Assembly: GCA_937625935.1 (NCBI GenBank)
Contig: OW569390.1
Span: forward strand, 1 to 64,000
Source of the DNA: Tetramitus jugosus
Lineage: Eukaryota > Protista > Heterolobosea
Length of the DNA stretch: 64,000 bases
Direction: 5' to 3'
Of this stretch, positions 1-10,910 are shown piece after piece. Position numbers and translations under genes: made by a program. Under the pieces are notes generated by a model. It ran no database searches. It was not told the origin of the DNA and worked only from the letters and a program-made list of their open reading frames with translations. The number at the start of each line of letters is the position of its first letter. The first letter of the stretch is position 1.

Positions 1-832
1 CCAAACCCAAACCCAACCCAAACCCAAACCCAAACCCAAACCCAAACCCAAACCCCAACCAAACCCAAACCCAAACCCAAACCCAAACCCAAACCCAAAC
101 CCAAACCCCAAACCCAAACCCAAACCCAAACCCAAACCCAAACCCAAACCCAAACCCAAACCCAAACCCAAACCCAAACCCAAACCCAAACCCAAACCCA
201 AACCCAAACCCAAACCCAAACCCAAACCCAAACCCAAACCCAAACCCAAACCCAAACCCAAACCCAAACCCAAACCCAAACCCAAACCCAAACCCAAACC
301 CAAACCCAAACCCAAACCCAAACCCAAACCCAAACCCAAACCCAAACCCAAACCCAAACCCAAACCCAAACCCAAACCCAAACCCAAACCCAAACCCAAA
401 CCCAAACCCAAACCCAAACCCAAACCCAAACCCAAACCCAAACCCAAACCCAAACCCAAACCCAAACCCAAACCCAAACCCAAACCCAAACCCAAACCCA
501 AACCCAAACCCAAACCCAAACCCAAACCCAAACCCAAACCCAAACCCAAACCCAAACCCAAACCCAAACCCAAACCCAAACCCAAACCCAAACCCAAACC
601 CAAACCCAAACCCAAACCCAAACCCAAACCCAAACCCAAACCCAAACCCAAACCCAAACCCAAACCCAAACCCAAACCCAAACCCAAACCCAAACCCAAA
701 CCCAAACCCAAACCCAAACCCAAACCCAAACCCAAACCCAAACCCAAACCCAAACCCAAACCCAAACCCAAACCCAAACCCAAACCCAAACCAAAACCAA
801 AACCAAAACCAAAACCCAAACCCAAACCCAAA
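1..832. repeat. Telomeric tandem repeat (CCCAAA)n / (TTTGGG)n at the chromosome left end
   Basis: Near-perfect CCCAAA array from base 1 with the C-rich strand 5' on +. Four CCAAAA variant units at 791-814, then three more CCCAAA units. Confidence 0.97.
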
Positions 833-1810
833 TTCACTTTCTTTTCAAAAATCAAAAACTTCATCCAAATTCAAAACAAAATCGATCTATCATCTAAATT
901 CTGATCAAACATGATTAATGAAAGCTCAAATCACTCATTCCATTTCTTTATCCATCTCTTGACTTTCGCTCCTTACTCTTTGTCGAAAACGGAAATTCTC
1001 TCATTCAATGCTCAACATCTGGATGTTTTTGAAGCAATATAGTGAGTCAATATATGTTGAATGAGTAATCATTCCTACTTCTCTTCAGTTATGATGGGTT
1101 GGGTCTGGGTATTCAACTCTGCATTCAAGAAAAACACAAAATTTGAGTTCTCATACTGTCAGAGTTCAAATCTCTTATAAGAAGAACTTTTGAAAAAGCT
1201 TTCCAGTCTATTACATCTATAAATCTGAATTGTCATTCAGAAAAGCTAGTAGTCTGTATTTCTGACCCTTTGGATCTTCAAGCTAGATTCAGATTTGAAA
1301 CTTCACTATTTCACTGACTTACAGGATTTTAAAGCGAAAGGTCTCAATAATACATAGAATATCTGATTCTACTGTGATTCTATAATAAAAACTGCCGATT
1401 CTATTCCTAAAAACGCGAAATCAAGTCAGTCAAAATTTCAGAAACATCAAGTCATAAGACATCAAGTCAAAAAATAGAGTTAGTAGGAAATCATGTTAAA
1501 AATGATCAAATAATGTCCCAATACTCTGATCTAAAACAAAGAAATCATTTGTCACTAGTACGTCTTATCTCCAGTACAGAATCAAAATCGTCTAAAATCT
1601 GTTGCAGTTTTACCACTGTTGCCGATAAAAATCTGTTAAATACAGCACAGATATATCGGCTCTACGAGCCGATAAAGCTCAAATCGAGTTGAAAACCTCG
1701 CCAATCTCTTCACCTCAACCAGCTGAAGCTCCTAGAGTAATAAAAAATCTCAAAAAAAAAATTACTATATAAGGAAATCGTTTCCTTAGGTTGGGGAATC
1801 CAGGATGTAT

Positions 1811-1831
1811 CCCCAAACCCAAACCCAACCC
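1811..1831. repeat. Short interstitial telomere-like repeat
   Basis: ccccaaacccaaacccaaccc, same orientation as the terminal array. Confidence 0.7.
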
Positions 1832-2207
1832 TTGTACTTGATTGCTTTTTTTTGGTGAGAGTCTTGTCTTGGAACGTGAAAAAAAAGCGGTTGGAAATCA
1901 ATTGGAGTTAGGATAGAAAAATTTTCGGAGAAGTTCTGACAACGTTCAGGAGGTTGATGCTGGGTCCATGATCGAAGGTGCTGCTCACCGCTGAAATCAC
2001 ACAAGAAACCTTGCAAAAAATGGGCATGGTTTCTTCTTGTAGAATATGATTTGATAGAAAATAGTACATGACTGGAACAAAACCACCCCCTGTCTCGATA
2101 TTTTTTCCCCAAACATCGCTATCACGCACCAAAATAAATGCGTCCTGTTTGTTCTTTTTTTGGGTTATCTTTGTAACATTTGTCCGAACAAAACAAACAA
2201 CAACAAA

Positions 2208-2660
2208 ATGGAGCAACAACATCCAGTTGTCGCAAGATGAAATCCTCCTTGAACGCATTCGACGTTTAAACATCGTCCCAAGTCCCTCCCGTGTCTCAAA
2301 CAGAATAGCACGGGCACAACTCTTCAATATTGATGGGGTACTTAAGGCAATCAGAAATTTCAAAGCACACTCAAATGTTAACTGGGTAGAAGCGGAACAT
2401 AAAGTTGAGGTTTTACTTTTGGTTGATAAGATGGTTGGATACAGATAATGTCAGATCATGAACCTCTGACAGGCATTCTGAAGAACTTCTTGATGAAGAC
2501 GAAAATATGGAGCAAGGAAGTTTTGACTCACAGCCAATTCAATTAAATAACGCCGAACCAGAGATACATCAACCGATGATCCCTATGCAACGGTATATTC
2601 CCCGAACTGATAACCACTTGGATTACTTGAACCCAATTGAAGGCTTAACACAACCATATT
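2208..2660 (+). pseudogene. Frameshifted fragments of an unknown gene
   Basis: A-rich leader and ATG at 2208, immediate frameshift into the 2068-2448 frame, and a further fragment from 2507 running into the MITE candidate. Confidence 0.3.
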
Positions 2661-2865
2661 GGGAGCGTCCAGATATTATATTCACCTCTTACCCCTCCCT
2701 GCCTGTTTTGAATAAATTTGAATAACACTTTTTCCTGTAAATTCGAATGTTACATTTATTCTCCTACTAGAATTGGGATCAAGAGACCCCCTATGAATAA
2801 ATATTTGAATAAATTTCTCAGACCCCTCCCTAGGGGACTGTAAGAAATAATATCTGGACGCTCCC
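2661..2865. mobile_element. Candidate MITE (205 bp, 19-bp TIRs, ATT target-site duplication)
   Basis: GGGAGCGTCCAGATATTAT at 2661-2679 and its perfect reverse complement at 2847-2865. ATT flanks both sides (2658-2660, 2866-2868). The interior is AT-rich and non-coding. Confidence 0.65.
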
Positions 2866-3659
2866 ATTCTCTATTTGCCTCTACTGAGATACTTGGGGCT
2901 TCGATCGCCAAATCAACAACAATAACAATTTTTATAGGGGTATGGTCACAAATATGGGATAGCAACAACTCAATATGACAAAAGCTGATATATTGATATA
3001 TGAATCATCAATTCTCACTTCTTCATTTACACTTTTGATATCAGGTGGAAATAACAGTTAAACAACCTATCTGAGAGTTTATTGGACAAGATTTGGTATT
3101 AATTCTTAGTAGAGTTTTTCTGATCAAATTAACTTCTATACACCCCACCATTTCGATTAGAAACCGAAGAACTGTGTTTCTTGTGTCCAAGAGCAGTATA
3201 CTCGGTAGTCTATAGTATGGATGATGAACGAAACTCTCGTGTAGAACACTCTAAAAAGCGTTGTGCCTCTTTGGAATTGGAGATTTTCAATACCTTGGTT
3301 TCGACAGGCTGAGAAAAACCGCATTCGCGCTGGCAGCCACCTTCAAGATCTCGAAGGCTACCAAAAAAACTGGGATGCTGCCCTCAGTCAGTGCCAGACT
3401 ATGTTCGGGGATGATTGGATGGACACTGGTAAGATTCCTGGCGATCGCATCAATCACGACAATATTCACAATCTGTACCGCAACGTACTCAGCGCCATCA
3501 TTGCCAACGACCGAGTCAATGGACTTTTTGAATATGATGAAGAGGGAGTCTAACAGAGAAATAGGTTTCATGTGGCCAACTTGGTTGATTAGCATATGCG
3601 AAGCGAATAAGATCCAAGATCATCACTGTCAGATAGGTTTGGGAAGGCTCACTCCACCC

Positions 3660-3830
3660 ATGATCAAGGTTACGATACTCGGTGATATCGCGACTGGCCT
3701 CACCGCTATGTCAATCAAGGGCTTCTGGTCCAGTGCATTCCTTTCAAGCCAATGGTTTTTTGAGACTGAGGATTATAAGCTAGAGCTTTGGGATACTGTA
3801 GGTCATGAAAGATCTATCTTTATTGCCATT
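3660..3830 (+). pseudogene. Degenerate Rab/small GTPase fragment
   Basis: MIKVTILGDIATG (decayed P-loop) and YKLELWDTVGHER (WDTAGQE-like). Confidence 0.6.
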
Positions 3831-4076
3831 GTATTATTGCTCCACAACAAAAAAACACTGTTCGTTCATATAGTGCTCTCTTGATGGCCACATCTCCCCG
3901 GGGAAAATAGATGCTCAAATTGCTTGTTTTCATATCAGAACAGGTGAACAATTCTTGCTCCCAGGTGGTAAAGGTCTTGCCTTTGTTCTCCAATAGTTGC
4001 TTGAGGCATCCCTGGTCAGATAAAATCATGTGTGAACCACTATGTCCACAATCGATTGAAGTGACACAGTGAGACC

Positions 4077-4680
4077 ATGAAGGCTGTAGCATGGTTTGGG
4101 AATAAGGATGTTAGTGTTATTGATACACCGGTACCAGCTGTTACTGAACCTCAAGATGCCATGGTCAGAATAACAGGTACAACACTCTGTGGATCTGATA
4201 CCACAAGGAAATCTTTGAGATGAGGTCAGGAGATATTCTGGGTCATGAGTTCTGTGGATGAAGTAGGACCTGAATGCAAATTAAAGGTGGGTCAACGAGT
4301 TGTATGTTCCTTCCAAATTGCCTGTGGAAAATGTGTGAGTACTGCAAGAAAGGTTTGTCGAGCATGTGTGACACTGCCAATGATTCCAAGCTAATGAATG
4401 ATCTGTATGGCCATAGCTTTGCCGGTATCTTCGAATATTCGCATTTCTGTGGTGGATTTGCTGGTGGGATTGTGCAGGTTCCGATACACCAAGACTCTCT
4501 TGCACAAGGTCGAGAGAGAAGTCTGTTTGGAGATCGATTCCAGTGAAGTACTGAATGAAATGATCAAGTTGGTCAAAAAATTTGGAACTATTGTACTGAT
4601 TGCAGACTATGCTGCTTACACCAACCACCTCAATGTTGGTGGAATCATGGAAAAAGGTATTCGCTTGATTGGCGGGGCAG
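4077..4680 (+). pseudogene. Zn-dependent alcohol/formaldehyde dehydrogenase pseudogene with internal deletions
   Basis: MKAVAWFGNKDV...ITGTTLCGSD, GDILGHEFCG, CEYCKKGLSSMCD and C-terminal VKKFGTIVLIADYAAYTNHLNVGGIMEKGIRLIG are spread over several frames. Confidence 0.85.
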
Positions 4681-4689
4681 AAGTGGACC

Positions 4690-5440
4690 ATTATCGTTCG
4701 ATAAAGAATGTATTTCATGAGTTGGATGTGTTGCTAAACGATTATGACCTAAATGGTGATGAGATCACTATTACGTACTATGGATTCTCAAAGGGTAATG
4801 CTCTGTTGAATGACAATAGAACCAGGATTTTCTATTGGTCACCTGCAACCACAGATTCATATTTCGATAGTATTGAATATCAGATTAGCGATTTTGAACC
4901 TTTGAACAGTACTATCAAAGTCCAAGATAGCTACTGCCATTGTTCACATCAATGTTTACAATGAGGCCTCAATGGCCTATGATGACACAGAAACTGTTGT
5001 TAAATTAATGTATCGAATAATGATATCGAGCCAAATAGTGATCCTATGACAATTTATTCGATCTCTGATCCAGACAGCGGTTACTCTGTAAGTTCCATCA
5101 GTTCGGAAAAGAAAACAGTTCAATTCAAGGCTGACACTGTTGGGCAAATTCATTTCACTTACGTTGTCTCAGATGCTCTCGGTATGATTGATACTGCTAC
5201 TGTGACTGTTACTATTACAACACTCCTCCTGGCATTTCTACATTCTGGAATAGATCAGTATCGCTTTCTCCACTGAATAATGATTATGATCCTGATGGTG
5301 ATACTATTCAAATTTCCACCTATACTCAACCTTCAAGTGAACTTTGTATTTGTCCGGAAACAAGTTCCTTTATGTTCCAACCATTGCTTTGTGTATCATC
5401 TAGCCCTGCTTATACAGGTACTGTTGTGATTCAATACAAT
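4690..5440 (+). pseudogene. Ig-like/cadherin-like (Big_9-type) repeat surface-protein fragment
   Basis: Repeats LDVLLNDYDLNGDEITIT, NNDIEPNSDPMTIYSI, FTYVVSDALGMIDTATVTVTI and NNDYDPDGDTIQI, with stops and frameshifts. Confidence 0.7.
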
Positions 5441-5525
5441 AAGTAAAGCGTTACATACACACCTGTAGCAAAAACTATCACCCTTTGTTTATTTACATTT
5501 GTATTGTTGTGGTTGATTGGACTAT

Positions 5526-6019
5526 TTACTCAGTGATTCCAATGTTTCTGATTCTTGGCTTCACTTCTTGTTCCTTGGTAGGGACCTTTGGGATATCAAC
5601 ACTCAACAATCCATTGTTCATTGAAGCCTTGATATCTTCCAAGTGAACATCAGATGGTAGTTTGAATGTTCTCTCAAATCTACCATAGCTCATCTCTCTA
5701 TAGTGATACTTTGTCTCTTTGTTCTCCTCTTCTTTTTCCATCCTCTTCTCTCCACTGAGCTTCAAGGTGTGATTGTCTTCATCCAAATCGACTTCAAAGA
5801 CAATGGTAACAAGTACACATTGGTGGCTGAGCTCCCCGGAACCAACAAGGACGATATTAAGATTGATTTGGAGCTCTAAATACGTCTGGAGTCATAGGTG
5901 ATGACTCTCTAGGCATCAATAATCTCTCTAGATTACGAATTCTTCTGTTCATTCCAAAGAAATCATCAGAGAAGAAGTCATCAAAGAAGGAATCTCTACC
6001 AAATCTCAATAGGCTCATA
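5526..6019 (-). pseudogene. Small heat-shock protein (HSP20) disrupted by an internal inversion
   Basis: Minus strand carries the N-terminus MSLLRFGRDSFFDDFF... and the C-terminus YREMSYGRFERTFKLP...IKASMNNGLLSVDIPK. The missing middle DFKDNGNKYTLVAELPGTNKDDIKI reads on the plus strand at 5790-5864. Confidence 0.88.
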
Positions 6020-6629
6020 TTTACAGTCAGTAGGTTGCTCAGGTTGTTTCTTGTGTTTGTTGAGTTGTTCTGTTCTTGTTGTTTGTTGGATGAACCTTTG
6101 GCTAACCAAGCCCAGTTATAAATCAATCTGTAGTGGTGCAATACGGCTCAGTAATCTGGAATCTGGATTGTGTCCGGAATTTACGGAATCTGAATGGATA
6201 CCGATATCGGTAACTGTTCGACAAGTTGTTGAAGGATATTTTCCTCTTTGACTTTTGTGCAGAAGAAAAATCCTTCTGAGTGTACACCTTCATGCTATCG
6301 ATACCCCTATTCGATCTTCATATTCTGGTCAAATGCTGGTATGGGACTCGAGAGAGAAGCCCATAGTTCAAGCGATCCACATCGGCAGCGAGAATGGCAA
6401 TGTATATTGGGATCGAATAGTGGTATCGATAGCATGTACTACGGCATCATCCACATTCACACAATAAGCATGCTACAAAGCTTGGTTCTGATGCGGTCTC
6501 AAATCAGGGCCTGTTAGTGGTTTCTTAAAATCCCTGAAAGAAATAATTCCACGTGCACGAACCAAACAATTTTTTGTTTCCAAAAATTGGGAAAGCAAAA
6601 TCTAACCAAAAAAAGCTACTATCATCATT

Positions 6630-9416
6630 ATGACACGACCGAAGAGAAAGAATGAAGTCGATCTTTGTGTTCAAGACAGAACTATTCTCAAACGTATGAA
6701 GCCTTCCTCTGTTTCCGAAGCTTGTACTAATAATGAGAAGATGAAGGAGAACACATGGAAATTACCTCAAGAAGTGATACAATATCACTTGTTTCCATTT
6801 CTGGCCAAAAATGATCTCATGTCATTCATTCGCACTTGTAAAGCACATTATCACTTGTTTAAAAAAGTGATGGAACGTTCATTGAATGGAATTAGACTCT
6901 ATTATCTCAATTTTAATCAAAATGGTGAAAGAAATTGTGGTGCTCCTTCTTCTCTTTCTTTGGACTATGAAGATGTTGCTAGAGAGGTACCAATGCTCGG
7001 AGATGTATTGATTCAACTGTTGAACAATCATGAACGAGTAATGAATCATCCTTATTTGAAAGTTATAGCAAAGGACGAATTGAAGTGGTTGAATGAACTG
7101 TCAAAGATGAAACCGAGTGAATTTGAACAGAGATTACTTGCCATAACGAGTGACAGTAATTCTAACAAGAGCGTTTCAAGTGTATTATTACCAATTTTAT
7201 TTGAATGGAATCGAAACAATCCAGACAAACAACTATTCTTTGTTGCCGGTGGCAGTGTAACAAGTGCTGTGTTGGATACAAAATGGGAAGACACTGACAT
7301 TGATATCTTTGTCATGGAAAATGGAAGAAAACCATCAGAAAGTCATACAGTTTTGCGTAATCTTTTACTTCAATTTTCTGAGAATGCAGAAAAGGAAAGG
7401 ATTAAATATGCAGTAATCAAGAACAATGGTACTTTGAATATTATTGACAAGAACAAAAATAATGCAAAGATTCAATTCATTTTGAGACGTGTTTGCAATA
7501 TTGAAGAATTGATGGTTTTCTTTGATTTGGACTGTTGCCGATTCTCATTTGATGGACAAAATTTGTTTTCGATTCGCGAAGGAATAAGATCTATTCATTT
7601 GAAATGCAATTTTGTTCCTTCAGAACATATAAAAAGTGGAATGTATATGAAGAGAGCAGTCAAGTATGGTAACAGAAATATTGAAACCTTTTTCTATACT
7701 CTTCATCCACTTCCTACGGGGTACTATTGCTTATCAGATGAAGTAGCATTGTTTAAAGTTGCTCAAGGCACCAAAAAGTTGAAATATTCCAAAAATTCAG
7801 GCAAACACCAAAACAGTGCCGACATTGGTCTCTATTCTCCATTGTTTGATCTATTGTTTGGAGACGTGAAAAAGATATGTACCATGGGTTTCAAGAAATA
7901 CATTAAACGGGAGGCGGACCTCGCAGATGACTACGGTTATAATAGAAATTATTTTGACGCTTGCTGGGATGTATTCAGGGAGTTGAATAGAAGAGATCCC
8001 CATGTTTTTGCAATGTCCCTCAAGAATATGTACCAACAAGATTTATCAATCTTTTTCAGAGAGGGATACTTTGAGAGTCACTTGAGAAAGAAGTACTTCA
8101 TTGTTAGATGCTATCTCGACAGAAAATTCGAGTTCAAACCAGGTTGTTTCATCGAAGACGAAACAGACGACGAGGAAGAAGAAAGTGAAGATGATGATAA
8201 TGAAGATGAAATACAATCAGAGAAAAGTGAAGAAAACGAGAATGAACATGAAAATCACGAAGGAGAGCAATTAGAAGATGAAGTTGAAGATGAGGAACAG
8301 ATAGAAGGAGTGGAAAGGGAAGTGTATCATATGTGCGATTCATGTGCTCTATTTAATCACGAAAAGAGAAGTATAACGAGAGATTTGATCAATCAGGTTG
8401 CTATTGTAACTGGTGCACGTATCAAGATTGGATATCATGTTGCACTGAAACTGTTGAGAGCAGGAGCCACTGTGATTGCAACAACCAGATTTGTTGAAAG
8501 TGCCAGAGACAATTACGCAAAGGAACCAGATTATGAATCGTTCAAGGAGAGATTGATCCTTTATCCATTGAATCTCAAGTACGGAAATTCAATTTTGGCT
8601 TTTGTTGATTATGTTCGTTCCAACTTTAAACGAATTCACATTCTGATAAACAATGCTGCACAAACAGTGAGACGACCTCTCCTGTACTATGAACAACTAA
8701 TCGAAAAGGAAAGAGAAGCACTCAAATTGACAAGTCACACAAAAGATACTGATGAACAAAGTTCAGCAAATGCAGTTCAAGTCTATAGGTATGACACTGA
8801 TCTCCAAACGATTCAAAAAATTGAAAATCCAATGTTGAAAGCACAGCATTTGTCTCTCTTTGCTACCAGTACGGTCAACTTGGACGAAGAAGACTTGAAG
8901 GCCGATCGCTCTCATTTTCCAAAGGACGAATTGGATGCGTTTGGAGAACCAAAGGATTTGCGTACCCATCACTCATGGACCTACAAGCTTCCTGAAGTAA
9001 CAGATGTAGAACTTCTTGAAGTTCAAATGGTGAATCAAATCGCTCCCGTCATGCTTGTTTCCAAACTCATGGGCCTGATGAAAGTTTCTTCAACTGATCA
9101 AACAACTGGCTATATTGTCAACGTGACATCCCATGAAGGATCTTTCCATACGACTGGTAAAACAGATGGTCATGTTCATACCAACATTTCAAAGGCAGCT
9201 TTGAACATGTTGACCAGATCTGCAGCATCACATTATGCCAGGCATGGTATTATCATGGTTTCAGCTGATACTGGTTGGGTGTCATCTGCCATCTCAACCT
9301 TCAAGAGTCCTCCATTGACATGTGAAGACGGTGCTGCAAGAATCTTGGATCCAGTCATGACCAACAGTCTTGAATATGGTGTTCTTCTCAAGGATTTCAG
9401 GAAGATTCCGTGGTAA
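6630..9416 (+). CDS. F-box + nucleotidyltransferase-like + degenerate Zn-ribbon + short-chain dehydrogenase fusion protein (928 aa)
   Basis: F-box LPQEVIQYHLFPFL...FIRTCK. NTase signature VAGGSV...DTDIDIF plus IQFILR...FDLDCC.F.FDG. Acidic insert between RCY and CDSC. SDR AIVTGARIKIG, LINNAAQT, IVNVTSHEG, HTNISKAALNMLT, DTGWV. Confidence 0.85.
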   Translation: MTRPKRKNEVDLCVQDRTILKRMKPSSVSEACTNNEKMKENTWKLPQEVIQYHLFPFLAKNDLMSFIRTCKAHYHLFKKVMERSLNGIRLYYLNFNQNGERNCGAPSSLSLDYEDVAREVPMLGDVLIQLLNNHERVMNHPYLKVIAKDELKWLNELSKMKPSEFEQRLLAITSDSNSNKSVSSVLLPILFEWNRNNPDKQLFFVAGGSVTSAVLDTKWEDTDIDIFVMENGRKPSESHTVLRNLLLQFSENAEKERIKYAVIKNNGTLNIIDKNKNNAKIQFILRRVCNIEELMVFFDLDCCRFSFDGQNLFSIREGIRSIHLKCNFVPSEHIKSGMYMKRAVKYGNRNIETFFYTLHPLPTGYYCLSDEVALFKVAQGTKKLKYSKNSGKHQNSADIGLYSPLFDLLFGDVKKICTMGFKKYIKREADLADDYGYNRNYFDACWDVFRELNRRDPHVFAMSLKNMYQQDLSIFFREGYFESHLRKKYFIVRCYLDRKFEFKPGCFIEDETDDEEEESEDDDNEDEIQSEKSEENENEHENHEGEQLEDEVEDEEQIEGVEREVYHMCDSCALFNHEKRSITRDLINQVAIVTGARIKIGYHVALKLLRAGATVIATTRFVESARDNYAKEPDYESFKERLILYPLNLKYGNSILAFVDYVRSNFKRIHILINNAAQTVRRPLLYYEQLIEKEREALKLTSHTKDTDEQSSANAVQVYRYDTDLQTIQKIENPMLKAQHLSLFATSTVNLDEEDLKADRSHFPKDELDAFGEPKDLRTHHSWTYKLPEVTDVELLEVQMVNQIAPVMLVSKLMGLMKVSSTDQTTGYIVNVTSHEGSFHTTGKTDGHVHTNISKAALNMLTRSAASHYARHGIIMVSADTGWVSSAISTFKSPPLTCEDGAARILDPVMTNSLEYGVLLKDFRKIPW

Positions 9417-9910
9417 AAACTCAACACGACTGCCGCTCCAACAACAACCACAAAGAAAAACAACAACAAGGAATCAAATCAAGAAAATAAAAAGTGTGTT
9501 GACAATGAATATAGTTGGTGCATCTGACGTTCTTTCAATGTGAAGTACTTCCAGTCGAGAATACTTTCCAATTTTTGTCAATACTCAGAGTAATTGCAAA
9601 ATCCGGTGATAATAGCATTTCATCCTCGCTTTGTGGCCAGTTTTGGAGTGCGTGGCGTGTCATGAACTTTGAGAGAGGAATCAACTTCAAGGACTTTAAA
9701 GACACGACAGGAACTAAGGTCAATTTCGATGAGATTATGGAAGGAATCATTGGTTTTGTATTCGCAACTTTTTGGAGTGTTTCTCCATTCCTTCTATGCA
9801 ACCGTCCTTTTTTTAGCGGGAGGACAAATTGATCAATGAGGTAACTGATCTGTAACCCAAACCAAGGCAGAGTGCTATAAAACCCAACCATCCACTTCAA
9901 AACATCAACA

Positions 9911-10384
9911 ATGAGATCCGCCCAAGAGCTTCAAGCCCGTTTCGACCAGCGAAAGATCAGAGAAAAAGACGACAAAGAGCAAGAAAGAAAGAGACGAAAA
10001 GAGCTCAAAGAGCAAGAAAGAAAGAGACAAGAATATCTCATAAATTTCAGAGAAGAGCAAAAGCGGATACGTGTACAACGAAATGTTCAAAATATGCTTG
10101 ATTATTTCGACAATAAGTGGTTCGATGATGAAATGGTGTATCGAGGTCATGTTCCGTTTTCCAGAACAGAACTCATTGAAGTTGCTTTAGGTGGAAAATC
10201 TGGACAAGTCGGTGAGGTGCTGAACGCACTCACGCTGCACTTCTCTTCTGATGAACAAAAAGCCCAGATGTTGAACTTCTTTTGTTTTGAAGAGTCATTG
10301 GTCGAGTTGCAGAGAGTTCTTGAAAACCCCCCTTATGGGTACAAGGTTCAAGTTCGTGATGATGCAGTCGTAATCTCCCTATAA
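9911..10384 (+). CDS. Hypothetical protein with charged coiled-coil N-terminus
   Basis: 157-aa ORF with AC-rich leader, upstream TATAAA and AATAAA just after the stop. Confidence 0.65.
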   Translation: MRSAQELQARFDQRKIREKDDKEQERKRRKELKEQERKRQEYLINFREEQKRIRVQRNVQNMLDYFDNKWFDDEMVYRGHVPFSRTELIEVALGGKSGQVGEVLNALTLHFSSDEQKAQMLNFFCFEESLVELQRVLENPPYGYKVQVRDDAVVISL

Positions 10385-10562
10385 TAAAATCCTCTTGGTT
10401 GCAATGCTGCTTGTCCTTCTGAAACCGCTTGCTCTTGTTCAGGTGCAAGTGGCCAATTCCACGATGGTGAGTACCTAGAGACAGCATACTAACACGCCAA
10501 AGCACCGTTGAACGAATTGCCCAACTCACACAGTTCAAGAATCGGGGAATTCGAAAACTTAA

Positions 10563-10650
10563 CGTGACAGCAACTCTACAGATGTTGTGTTGGAGTCAAT
10601 GGACGGCAATCGAATAATAGCACACAAAGTTATTCTAGCTACTTTCGATC
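10563..10650 (+). pseudogene. BTB/POZ domain fragment
   Basis: Translates STDVVLESMDGNRIIAHKVILA, the typical BTB N-terminal motif; no complete ORF. Confidence 0.6.
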
Positions 10651-10910
10651 ATTGTTCAATGGCAACGCACCTAAAGACCAGAACCTACTGACTCACCCAC
10701 TGTACATCAAGATACAGGCTGGAGAACCAATCATCGGCCATGACAAAAATTGCATCATACAATGGTCTTGATTGTAGCTGAATCTCCTCTGGTAATCTGA
10801 CTCACTTGTAGACCTTAAAAGTGATGTGTATTGTTGTTGTACTTTCCCCTCGTTTGTCAAACCCTTTCTTCAATAAAGTATTTCCTTCTTGTTAATTGAG
10901 TTTGGTCAAA

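Noticed and set aside
4077-5440. Alternative genetic code or programmed frameshifting to rescue broken ORFs
   Set aside because: Conserved genes use TAA, TAG and TGA as stops, and the broken ORFs lack whole blocks of sequence, consistent with decay.
6248-6517. Possible papain-family fragment (GSENGNVYW)
   Set aside because: Too degenerate to call without a search.
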